Shown: positions 11,459 through 20,641 of the stretch, piece by piece | How positions within the stretch are numbered: position 1 is the stretch's first letter | Layout: every line of letters begins with the position of its first letter | Origin: Chlamydiales bacterium | Lineage (GTDB): Bacteria > Chlamydiota > Chlamydiia > Chlamydiales > JAAZZY01 | NCBI GenBank assembly: GCA_965206695.1 | Contig: CBDBKM010000010.1 | Coordinates: 256,001-320,000, forward strand | Length of the DNA: 64,000 nt | Direction: 5' to 3' | Notes under the pieces: model-generated | The model's input: the letters and a program-made list of their open reading frames with translations, nothing else | What the model was told of the DNA's origin: nothing | Database searches by the model: none | Translations under genes and position numbers: made by a program

Positions 11459-11528
11459 AAAATCAAAAAAAAACAAATAGACGCTCTCATCCCAATGCTA
11501 AAGCAAAGGATTTTCTCGCTTGATTATC
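11459..11528 (-). mobile_element. IS605 left-end remnant
   Basis: Homologous to the reverse complement of 18746..18812; flanked by TTAT on the minus strand. Confidence 0.75.
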
Positions 11529-11620
11529 ATAAATACGAAAAAGATGATCATATTCGTGATCGTATTAAAGCGGTATTGCTATATGATAAAGGTTGGAGCT
11601 ATCAAAAAATAGCAGAAGGG
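11529..11620 (+). pseudogene. IS630-like transposase N-terminal remnant
   Basis: HKYEKDDHIRDRIKAVLLYDKGWS resembles the N-terminus of the 340-aa IS630 transposase. Confidence 0.7.
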
Positions 11621-11791
11621 GCGTGTTGCGATCCGGCTAAAGTTTTAAAGATAGTTATGCCTACATTCTGTCAAATTTTTCGATTTGCAATATCAAATCG
11701 TTATAAATCGCCTCATCATCCCTTAAAAACATACAATTAAAAAATAAGAAAAGAATATTTTTATAAAAAAAAGAAAAAAATCGGTAGTAAA

Positions 11792-12715
11792 TTATCGATT
11801 TTTTTGACCGGGAAATTGCCATGAGTCTAAAAAGACATCCACACAATTAAAAATAAGATTAAGCGTTTTTTGCTTTTCATCTAAATGAGGATTATATTCG
11901 ACAACTTCAAAAGCTTGTAATGAGGGATGATGACAAATTTCTTTTAAAGCATCGAGCATTTCAAGGGGATTAACTCCTCCGGATGCAGGGCTTCCAACCC
12001 CGGGAGCATGAATAGGATCGAAGACATCAACATCGAGACTTATCCCAAATCCACACGTACCATTAGTGGCTATTGCCAAGGCATTTTTAAAGGCTTGTTT
12101 TAAGCCGGTTTGTTCTAAGTCCTCCATATAAAAAATTTTTATTCCCAGCCGATTCAAGAGAGATTGTTCACCTTCTTCATAGGAACGAATACCGATAAGG
12201 CATAAATTTTTAGGGGATAAAACAGAAGAGTTCCTCTCGTAATGAGTAAATACTTTGGGGCCATAACCCAAAAGGGAGGCCACAGGCATACCATGCCGGG
12301 CATTAGAAGGGGTTGTTTGAGGAGTATGAGCGTCCATATGAGCATCAATCCAAATCATACCTATAGGTTTGGAGTTTTTTTCTCTTAATGCTTTGGATAT
12401 TCCATGCCACGAACCAATGGCAATGCTATGATCACCACCGAAAATTATAGGAAAAGATCGGTTCTTTATACTCTGATAGGTTGCTTTAGCAAGTCGATGA
12501 TTATGTTCTACAATAACAGGAAGGATGTCTTGTGTAGGTAAAATTGTTTCTTTGAAAAGGTGAGAAGACCGGGTTATTTGCCAGTTTGCGGATAAACCCT
12601 TTTTTTGAAGTTTATTTAGAATATGATAACCAAGTATAGCTTGGGGTCCATCTTCACAACCTTTTATTTGGGCTCCCCACCCGGAGGCTGCGCCAATTAA
12701 AGTCACATTTTGCAT
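11792..12715 (-). CDS. Arginase (ureohydrolase family)
   Basis: GGDHS, WIDAHMD, HGMP, SLDVDVFDP..APG, EVVEYNP. Confidence 0.9.
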   Translation of the reverse strand: MQNVTLIGAASGWGAQIKGCEDGPQAILGYHILNKLQKKGLSANWQITRSSHLFKETILPTQDILPVIVEHNHRLAKATYQSIKNRSFPIIFGGDHSIAIGSWHGISKALREKNSKPIGMIWIDAHMDAHTPQTTPSNARHGMPVASLLGYGPKVFTHYERNSSVLSPKNLCLIGIRSYEEGEQSLLNRLGIKIFYMEDLEQTGLKQAFKNALAIATNGTCGFGISLDVDVFDPIHAPGVGSPASGGVNPLEMLDALKEICHHPSLQAFEVVEYNPHLDEKQKTLNLIFNCVDVFLDSWQFPGQKNR

Positions 12716-12885
12716 TGAAAAAGTCTTATATGTCAAAAAAATTGACGTTAGGTCTCTTTTGTTTCCCTGTCAAGTGTTTCCGGAAAAAATAAGCTGGTTT
12801 GAAAGAAGTTATTTTGCTAGCATTTTTTGTTTTATTAAGTAAAGCATCCCGACTGAGTAACTAATTTTAAGAGGAAACCGTCTCT

Positions 12886-15240
12886 ATGTTGCAATTTTTG
12901 CGTCGCTATCAACGTATTTTTTTCTTTGCTATCACATTTTTTATAGTCATCAGTTTTGTTTTTTTTGGTGTTTCTCCTAGTCATACACCACGATTTGCTG
13001 ATAAAATTATAGGCAAGTCAATTGCCGGAAAGAAAATAAAACATTCAGAGGTGCAATCATTAGCGTTTCTTTTAAATAGTAATAATGGAGATCATTTATT
13101 TATAAGGGGATTAGGTCCGCATTTTTCTCCAAATGAAATCCTTATCAAGGATTTTTTAGAGGATGGTCTTGCTGAACTCTTAGTAGAGCAATATGGTGAT
13201 CATCTAAGCGCAGATCTTGAATCAAGGCTCGAAAAGGAAAAAAACTTTATTCCTTATGTTCACCCTAATGCTTCCTTTATTAAAGCCGGTGATATTTGGG
13301 CCCGTTTTAATCCAAATTTGAATCAAAAATTAACTCAGATAAAAAGAAATACGGATGCCACAAGTAAAACGGCTTTTAAGGAGAGAGTAACTCTCTTTCT
13401 TCAAGAGAAACAGTTTCCATGTTTTGTATTATGGCAAGTTATTAAATACCAAGAACAAGATTATGATTGGTTAAAACCGGATCAAAATTTGCTGCCACAA
13501 AATTTATCGCTGTTCCATTATCAAAGTATAGAAGACTGGTTTGGCCCAACTTTTTTACAACTTGTCAGCCAATTTATTATCAATGCTGCTGATTTAGCAG
13601 AGTCGAAAGGTTATCAAGTCTCATATGATGAAGCTTTACTTGACTTACAAATGCAAAATGAAAATAGTTTTCGCCAATTAATATCGCTAGGTCATTCGCA
13701 AATTTCATCTAGCCAAGAGTTATGGCAGTTAAAACTAAATCGTTTAGGATTGGATAAAACTGTCTGGGTAAAACTTTGGCAAAAAGTTCTGTTATTCCGT
13801 CGTCTTTTTGATGAAATAGGAAATTCTGTATTTTTAGATCCTTTAATAGTTGAAAAGTTTGAAAGTTATGCTAATGAAGCTATTGAAGTTGATAATTATC
13901 AACTACCAAATGCCTTAAGGTTTCATCATTTCGATGATGTAAAAAAATTTGAGATGTATTTACATGCAACGGCAAATAAAGCATTTGATTCAAAAGATCC
14001 TTTAGAGATTCCGACATCATATTCATCTTTAGAAAGTATCGAGGAATCCTTTCCCGAATTAGTTCAGCAACATTATACCTTGAAGGTTAAAGAGTTGAAT
14101 AGAAGTCATCTTAAACTTAAAATAGGTATACGTGAAGTCTGGGATTGGGAACTGGAGGAAGGTAATTTTGATGAGTTAAAATCCATCTTTCCTGTGTTGG
14201 CAAAGGCCGAGATTGTAGATGAGCAAGCTCGCTTTGATCTTTTAGAAAATTTAGATGAACGTACAAGAGTGCGTATTGATGAAATAGCTCGGGAGAGTAT
14301 TCTAGCAAAACATTTAAATTGGCTTGATGAAGCAATGGATCATGCGAATGAAAAGGAAATATCTTTGAATATATCTTCTAGAGTAGGAGATTTGCCGTTT
14401 AAAGGGAGCTTCGATCAAGAAAAAAAGCAACAGTTTATGAAATTATTGAATAAAGCGAGCTCTTCAATAGATGAAGAGGCGACCTTCTCTTTTGTATTTG
14501 ATGATGAAACATTTTACCGGTTCAAAATCGTTGATAAAGGTGAATCTAAAGAGATTCTTTCCTTTGAGACAGCCTTGCAAAATAAGACATTAGATAAGCT
14601 CTTAGATAAAGAGTTGCAAAAGCACTATTATAGTCTCATTGATTTGAATGCTAAATTATTTAAATCTGAGACAGGGTTGCGAAAGAGTTTTGATGAAGTT
14701 AAGGATGAAGTTGCCGAGATGCTTTTTGCTCCATTAAAAGAAGCGATTAAAAAAGATTATTTTTCTGTTAATCAGAATAAGGCAACGATGCTTGAAGCTC
14801 CCGGTTTTTATGCGAGTCATCGATTCTTTGCTTATATGAGAGAAAAACTAAACGGTCTAATGCAGGATAGCTATTTACAGGATGTAGCTTCTATAGGTTT
14901 AGGGGATCAATTTCATATATTAAAAGAAGAGAAGAGGATTGGGCGAGGAGAGCATTCTCAATATGATAAAGCCCACGTATTTTCAAAGGAGGCAGGGGAT
15001 TACTCTTCTGTTTTTCATCCTCTTGATGGAGATGTAAGTTTTATTCATATCAAAAATCGTATTCCTTTAAATGACGGTAACCATGCTTTTCTTCATGAAG
15101 TTAAACAAGAGCTTGCCAACGATACGAAACGTTGTTTTATGCAATCTGTTTTAACGACTATCAAGGAAAAACGAGCAATTCATTTTGATGGCCTTCAAGA
15201 ACTTGTTGAAACTGAGGATGATGTCGGAGACGGCGGCTAA
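12886..15240 (+). CDS. Conserved chlamydial protein (CT283-like position; PpiD/SurA-like N-terminal anchor)
   Basis: 784-aa ORF with N-terminal TM (MLQFLRRYQRIFFFAITFFIVISFVFFG), located between lplA and gcvH. Confidence 0.7.
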   Translation: MLQFLRRYQRIFFFAITFFIVISFVFFGVSPSHTPRFADKIIGKSIAGKKIKHSEVQSLAFLLNSNNGDHLFIRGLGPHFSPNEILIKDFLEDGLAELLVEQYGDHLSADLESRLEKEKNFIPYVHPNASFIKAGDIWARFNPNLNQKLTQIKRNTDATSKTAFKERVTLFLQEKQFPCFVLWQVIKYQEQDYDWLKPDQNLLPQNLSLFHYQSIEDWFGPTFLQLVSQFIINAADLAESKGYQVSYDEALLDLQMQNENSFRQLISLGHSQISSSQELWQLKLNRLGLDKTVWVKLWQKVLLFRRLFDEIGNSVFLDPLIVEKFESYANEAIEVDNYQLPNALRFHHFDDVKKFEMYLHATANKAFDSKDPLEIPTSYSSLESIEESFPELVQQHYTLKVKELNRSHLKLKIGIREVWDWELEEGNFDELKSIFPVLAKAEIVDEQARFDLLENLDERTRVRIDEIARESILAKHLNWLDEAMDHANEKEISLNISSRVGDLPFKGSFDQEKKQQFMKLLNKASSSIDEEATFSFVFDDETFYRFKIVDKGESKEILSFETALQNKTLDKLLDKELQKHYYSLIDLNAKLFKSETGLRKSFDEVKDEVAEMLFAPLKEAIKKDYFSVNQNKATMLEAPGFYASHRFFAYMREKLNGLMQDSYLQDVASIGLGDQFHILKEEKRIGRGEHSQYDKAHVFSKEAGDYSSVFHPLDGDVSFIHIKNRIPLNDGNHAFLHEVKQELANDTKRCFMQSVLTTIKEKRAIHFDGLQELVETEDDVGDGG

Positions 15241-15249
15241 TATTCGAAA

Positions 15250-15430
15250 CCGTTGATTACATCAACTACCCGCATCGTGCAGGTTTTCTCATTGCGCTTT
15301 TTGTTCCTTATTCACGATTGATCCTCATTAAAAATAACATCTAAAGTCCAATGAAGCCGGTTTTCTATTCCCCAATGATTATGGATAGCGGCTGTTATTT
15401 GCTTGGCATTTGCAGAAAGACTCGATATTG
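15250..15430 (-). pseudogene. ISAs1-family transposase C-terminal remnant
   Basis: Minus-strand translation [26 protein letters not shown]. Confidence 0.75.
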
Positions 15431-15492
15431 CTTTTTATCATGAAGCCATGATATATCTGATGTCACATAACAAGTCCTTATGCGTTGATTAC

Positions 15493-16996
15493 CGGATCCT
15501 CCCGTTAAAAAGATATTTTTATAAAATGACTTCTAAAAATAAAGATCGATAATTTTTGGAATAAAAAACATCCTACCGATAAAGTCATCTCGGCTCACCC
15601 TCGATAAAAAAAAGTATACCCTTTAGAATCAAGACATTTTTTTGCACTCGGCTCATTATGAAGTATCGAATAGATCTTTTAACTTCGCTCCTTTTTTATG
15701 TGCTATACATGTAAACAAATCTACCCGTGAATCAATATAAAAAATTAAAAATAAAGATCTTAGACGAGACCATAATACAATCTTTCTTTTCATTTTCTTT
15801 AATGCGTTTTGAAATAATCCGCAACATCTTTGCTGTACTTGACCCAATAAAAATGCCAAAAACATAAGTAACCCTAAAACATGACTGAGGTGTTTACAAC
15901 CATGCCCAAAATTATGTTCAAATTGATAGCCTTGCTTCTTAAGAGTATTAAACGTTTCATTTTCTATTTTCCGGCTTGCTCTACCTCCTTTTGCCGGGTG
16001 ATATACATTCTCTGTAGTTACCGTAATATCAGTCATCCAAGAAAAATGCCTTTTTTATCTGTTATCATACAATCAATAAAATTTAATTCTAAATCATGAT
16101 GTTTATCATTGAGAGGAACACCGTTATAAAAACTAGGTTCTACGACTTCCTTGTCTGTTGTTATCGTTTTTCTCTTAAGAGGGGCTCCTTTTACCAAGCG
16201 AATAAACCGGGATTACCCGGCGGTTTAGCTCCTACGATAAAGTGAGCTCCTATTGCCAAAATTTTTTGCAGATAAGGGCCTTTTGCAGACAATGCATCTT
16301 CCGTAAAAATGACTTCCAAACGGGAATGTTCTTTTTGAAAATCGTTTTTAGTACTACCGTCTAATTTAGAGATCGGTTCGAGGCATAAAGGAAACACTTC
16401 TTTCCGGTCGGGATGAATAACTACTGCATCTAACATCTGATGATAATTAAGTCATACGACCGTCTCTAGAATGTTTTTCACAACAATTATCACAATGAAC
16501 AGATGCTGAAGAAAACATACCCGTTCCGTCACACGCAATTAAAAGATACTTATTCAAAAATGTGTAATCTTCAAAAACGTTTCCTCTTTGAAGAAGAGAG
16601 AATACGGCAGTAAAAGCAGGTCTAATCCATCGAGAATCAACTTGCTCAAGTCGTTCTCTCATACAAGTATCGGAAGGAATATTTGTAATATTGTAAAAAG
16701 TGCTTAAATTATGTTGAATGATCTCATCTTGACGTCCTTCATCGAATTGTAGAAGTGAAGGAAACTAAACCGGACATCAAACAATCAGATAATGCAATTG
16801 TTGCTTTTAAACCTCTTGCATCTCGGTCTTTATTGGGAATCTTATTAAATACGGAACGAACCTTTAACAACATCCCTTTAGCCGAAAGCCGAGTTTTCTC
16901 AATAGAATGCACTGCCGTATTTTTTTCTCCATTTTAAAAAAAATAATGAAAAAAAAGTATACATCATTGCGAAAAATTATTTAACGGGAATTGCTG
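15493..16996 (-). mobile_element. Degraded DDE IS (IS4-superfamily/ISNCY-like) with fragmented transposase
   Basis: Fragments 15656..16036 (KIENETFNTLK.QGYQFEHNFGHG), 16191..16436 and 16447..16662; imperfect IRs (..TCCCGTTAAA); 9-bp direct repeat GTTGATTAC on both sides. Confidence 0.8.
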
Positions 16997-17019
16997 GTTG
17001 ATTACCTCCATTATGGACA

Positions 17020-17149
17020 AGATTGTAGTATGTTGATAGTATGGGAAAACTAAATGAATATACAATTAGGAAGTAGATCCAAAATCAAAAAAAACAAATA
17101 AATGCTTTCATTCTAATGCTAAAGCAAGGAGTTTTCTCGCTTAATTGTC
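17020..17149 (-). mobile_element. IS605 left-end and tnpA 3' remnant
   Basis: Matches the reverse complement of 18746..18870 (YVDS.GKLNEYTIRK...QKKQ plus hairpin). Confidence 0.8.
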
Positions 17150-17224
17150 ATAAGAAATAAATTGTAAGAAGCGAGAGTTGTTTCTTTGCCTTTCATTAAA
17201 AATCATTGAATTGAAGAGGATAGT

Positions 17225-17581
17225 ATGAAATTCACAGAATCACATGAGTGGATTAAATTAGATAGTGGGCTAATTGGTGTAACTCAACATGCTCAATCTG
17301 AGTTAGGTGATATTGTTTATATTGAATTGCCGGAAGTAGGGAGTAAAATAAATATAAATGATGAATTAGCCGTTTTAGAATCTACCAAAGCAGCTGCCGA
17401 TGTTTATTCTCCTGTATCAGGTAAGATTGTAGCTGTAAATGAAAAGCTAGAGGAGTTTCCTGAGCTTATTAATCGTTCCCCGGAAGATGAAGGCTGGTTA
17501 GTTAAAATTAAGATAGATGAGATCCCGGAGACAAGTTTATTATCTTATACAGAATATAAGGAGTTATTGAGTCAAGGCTAA
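17225..17581 (+). CDS. gcvH: Glycine cleavage system H protein (lipoyl carrier)
   Basis: KFTESHEW, LGDIVYIELP, ESTKAAADVYSPVSG. Confidence 0.95.
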   Translation: MKFTESHEWIKLDSGLIGVTQHAQSELGDIVYIELPEVGSKININDELAVLESTKAAADVYSPVSGKIVAVNEKLEEFPELINRSPEDEGWLVKIKIDEIPETSLLSYTEYKELLSQG

Positions 17582-17719
17582 TGAATTTTATCCTTGAACC
17601 GGCGGCTAATGTTGTCATATGACAATCCGACTCGTGCAAGATGCCGGCTAAATGCAATTCATCTTTAAAAATTGACTCTAACTGTTCGTGCTGTATCATT
17701 TATTCTTTACTTTCCATTT

Positions 17720-17986
17720 TTATTTTCCTTCGCATCCTGCGAGATAATTTTTATAAAATCCATCTTTATCCATTTCAACCTCAAAAGTCTGTTCATCTGT
17801 TACTTTACCAACAGACAACTCTAATGAGTGCAGCTTAGCTTCTAGCAGATAAATCCTGTCGATAAGATCATACTCCCTCTGGAGCTTTTTATTTTGTCTC
17901 TCTTCTTTGTTTGATCGGCGTACTTCTCTGAAAGCCATTCCGAAACAAAAAAGGATTGTGCATATAAATGCAACTGTAAAACTCAT
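17720..17986 (-). CDS. Hypothetical protein (N-terminal TM plus coiled coil)
   Basis: 88-aa ORF with GGGG-type RBS, closely spaced with the upstream ORF. Confidence 0.55.
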   Translation of the reverse strand: MSFTVAFICTILFCFGMAFREVRRSNKEERQNKKLQREYDLIDRIYLLEAKLHSLELSVGKVTDEQTFEVEMDKDGFYKNYLAGCEGK

Positions 17987-17995
17987 GATTACCCC

Positions 17996-18388
17996 TTAAT
18001 ATAATTCTTCTAATTTTTCTTTAAATGACAAACTAAAACCATCTTTGCTTAATAAATAAAGCTCTTTAGTTTTTTTGTTGAACACAATATAACCAGTAGG
18101 ATTAATGCCCTCCCATCCATTTCTCACTGCCATTAGATGATCGATTAATTCTATTGAGCAACCCTGTCTATACTGATTGATAATATCCGGCAGATACCTG
18201 TCAAAGTCTACTTTACTTATCATTAACTTAATGCCATGTCCCATCTTTACAGTAAAAAATCTGACTTGTTTATTATTTAAATAATCTTCTAGTGCTATCG
18301 CACACAATGTGCTATAAGATTCTTGTTGCAACATAACACTATCCCTTTTTTGTGTCATTATAACCGAATTCCTCAGATTACTCTCCAA
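17996..18388 (-). CDS. Hypothetical protein
   Basis: 130-aa ORF, no recognised motif. Confidence 0.55.
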   Translation of the reverse strand: MESNLRNSVIMTQKRDSVMLQQESYSTLCAIALEDYLNNKQVRFFTVKMGHGIKLMISKVDFDRYLPDIINQYRQGCSIELIDHLMAVRNGWEGINPTGYIVFNKKTKELYLLSKDGFSLSFKEKLEELY

Positions 18389-18793
18389 AGATACCCTTTC
18401 ATTTTTACCTTAAAACTTTAATTAACTATAACTAACAATATAGACTTAATTAAAATTTATTTAATGCAATAAAAATAATTATTTTAATTAATTAATTAAA
18501 TTATTATATATTTTATAGATAAGATTAAAGTTTTATTTAATATATTTAAATAAACTTTTAATTAATAAAATGCTTGATGTATGTGTGTTTTGTGTGTGTG
18601 TGATTAAACAATTAATATTTTAATTATTATTAAATTATTAATTATAATATAAATAATTTTTTTTAATAATAAAAATTTTAAGTACTCGTCTTTTTTAAAG
18701 GGGTGAGGGTGGCCTTAAGTTTATGTAGTGGTTCTTTATTATTATGACAATTAAACGAGAAAACCCACCTTTTTAAGAGTGGGATGAAAGTGT

Positions 18794-19190
18794 CTATTTG
18801 TTTTTTTGATTCCGTATATACTTTCTGATTGTATATTCATTTAATTTTCCAACACTATCAACATAATAAGACCGTGTCCACAGTGTGGGTAACCCGGATC
18901 TTAAGCTTGAAAATTCTTGCCTTAATATTCGGCTTGTATATCCCTTAAGTTGTCCTATGAAAAATTGTGGTGAATATATAGGCTTGGTATTTAAAAAAAT
19001 ATGTACGTGATCAGGCATAATATTCAGTTCGTTAATCTCTATATTTAGTTGTAGAGCTTTTAATTCTAATAATTCCTTTAAACGAACAACAATATCACCT
19101 TCAAGAACCTTTCTCCTATATTTAGGACACCAAATAACATGGTAACTAAGGTTAAAAATTGCTGTTTTAGAGGTTTTTCATCTTTCCGGA
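18794..19190 (-). pseudogene. tnpA: Y1 HUH transposase TnpA with an in-frame TGA near the N-terminus
   Basis: ER*KTSKTAIFNLSYHVIWCPKYRRKVL...MPDHVH...LWTRSYY...IRKYIRNQ; stop at 19178..19180. Confidence 0.75.
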
Positions 19191-19218
19191 TAGACAATAT
19201 ATATGTACCGGACATATA

Positions 19219-20322
19219 ATGCAATACATGATGATCAAAAAAGCATATAAATTCAGATTCTATCCAACGAAAAAACAAAAGGAGTTGCTTGCAAAAAGCT
19301 TTGGATGTTCTAGAGTTGTATATAATCAAGCTTTAAATTTTAAGATCAAGAAATATCAGGAATACAAAGAGAATGTAAGTTATTCTAAAACATCGGCATT
19401 CTTGACAAGTCTTAAGCAAAACAAAGAGTTTCTTTGGTTAAACGAAGTTTCTTCTGTTTGTCTGCAACAAAGTCTTAGAGATCTTGATAGAGCTTTTTTA
19501 AACTTTTTTAAAAAAAGGTCAAATTTCCCTCGCTTTAAAAACAAACACAGTACGCAGGCAATACGATTAACTAAGTCAGCATTTAGTTGGGATGGGGTTA
19601 ATCTTAAGATTGCAAAATCTAAAGACAGATTAAAAATACATTGGTCAAGGTGTTTTTTAGGTACACCAACAGGTATAACAATCACAAAAGACTCTTGTGA
19701 CAGGTATTTTGTGAGCCTATTAGTAGAAGAAGAAGTGATCCCTTTTGAGAAGAGAAATAATTCTGTCGGTATAGATTTAGGATTAACGACATTCGCAACT
19801 CTTTCTACAGGGAAAAAGATTACGGCACCTAAACCTTTTAGATTTCATAAGAAAAGACTAAAAAGAAAACAACGTTCTCTTAGCAAAGCTAAAGTCAAAG
19901 GTAAAAACAGACTCAAAAAAAGAAGATCGGTGGCTTCGATACATTCGAAGATAAAAAATATAAGGCAGGACTTTCATCATAAACTTTCTACAAAGTTGGC
20001 TCGTGAAAACCAAACGATCACGATAGAAGGGTTAAATATTAATAAGATGTTAAAAAATAAAAAACTTTCCAAGCATATATCGGATGCAGGATGGAGCCGG
20101 TTTTTAACATTTTTAAAGTATAAGTGTGAATGGTACGGAAGAAATATAGTGGAATTAGATCAATTTTTTGCCGGTTCAAAACTATGCTCTGCCTGCCGGT
20201 ACCAAATAGAAATTTTAGATTTAAGTGTGAGAAGTTGGCAGTGTCCAAACTGCAAAGTAACACACGATAGAGATCTTAATGCATCTATTAATCTCGATAC
20301 CGCAGGGCAGTCGGTAATTTAA
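19219..20322 (+). CDS. tnpB: RNA-guided endonuclease TnpB
   Basis: KAYKFRFYP N-terminus; RuvC GIDLG / IEGL / DRDLNA; CSAC..CPNC zinc finger, all intact. Confidence 0.95.
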   Translation: MQYMMIKKAYKFRFYPTKKQKELLAKSFGCSRVVYNQALNFKIKKYQEYKENVSYSKTSAFLTSLKQNKEFLWLNEVSSVCLQQSLRDLDRAFLNFFKKRSNFPRFKNKHSTQAIRLTKSAFSWDGVNLKIAKSKDRLKIHWSRCFLGTPTGITITKDSCDRYFVSLLVEEEVIPFEKRNNSVGIDLGLTTFATLSTGKKITAPKPFRFHKKRLKRKQRSLSKAKVKGKNRLKKRRSVASIHSKIKNIRQDFHHKLSTKLARENQTITIEGLNINKMLKNKKLSKHISDAGWSRFLTFLKYKCEWYGRNIVELDQFFAGSKLCSACRYQIEILDLSVRSWQCPNCKVTHDRDLNASINLDTAGQSVI

Positions 20323-20496
20323 GCCTTTGGAGATCATGTTAGACTAGCTTGTTTGTTAGCAGTGGTCGATGAATTAGGAATCCCTTCCCTTTAGGGTTGG
20401 GAGCTGTCAAAATACTATTAACTCTTTCTAGAAAAACCCCCAAAAACCAACTTAATTAACTAAATTAATTGGTGGTTATTTGTTGACCCGGCTGGC

Positions 20497-20641
20497 TTAG
20501 TCATTTTTATTTCCTGCAATGGAGATGTCTTGGCAAGGGAATCCCCCATACAGGATGTCGATATCTCCAATCTCATTTGTCGGGAATGTTTTGATATCAT
20601 CCCAGATGGGAGCTTCATAGATGTCTTTACTGAGCATTCTA
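20497..20641 (-). pseudogene. DNA (cytosine-5) methyltransferase fragment
   Basis: Minus-strand translation APIWDDIKTF...DIDILYGGFPCQDISIAG (motif IV); cut upstream by IS630. Confidence 0.8.

Larger units (their letters stand above)
18746..20410 (+). mobile_element. IS200/IS605-family element (divergent tnpA and tnpB)
   Basis: Left end follows TTAT and has a hairpin (CCCAC...GTGGG); right end has a hairpin and terminates in TCAA at 20410. Confidence 0.88.

Noticed and set aside
11447..11740. 97-aa ORF
   Set aside because: Chimeric read-through across a MITE end, an IS605 end, an IS630 stub and another IS-like end.
19219..20322. TnpB considered as a Cas12f-type CRISPR effector
   Set aside because: No repeat-spacer array or cas genes; it has tnpA and IS605 ends.
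20497..20641. Methylase fragment as the cause of the CCGG bias
   Set aside because: Only motif IV remains and there is no target-recognition domain, so specificity cannot be assigned.
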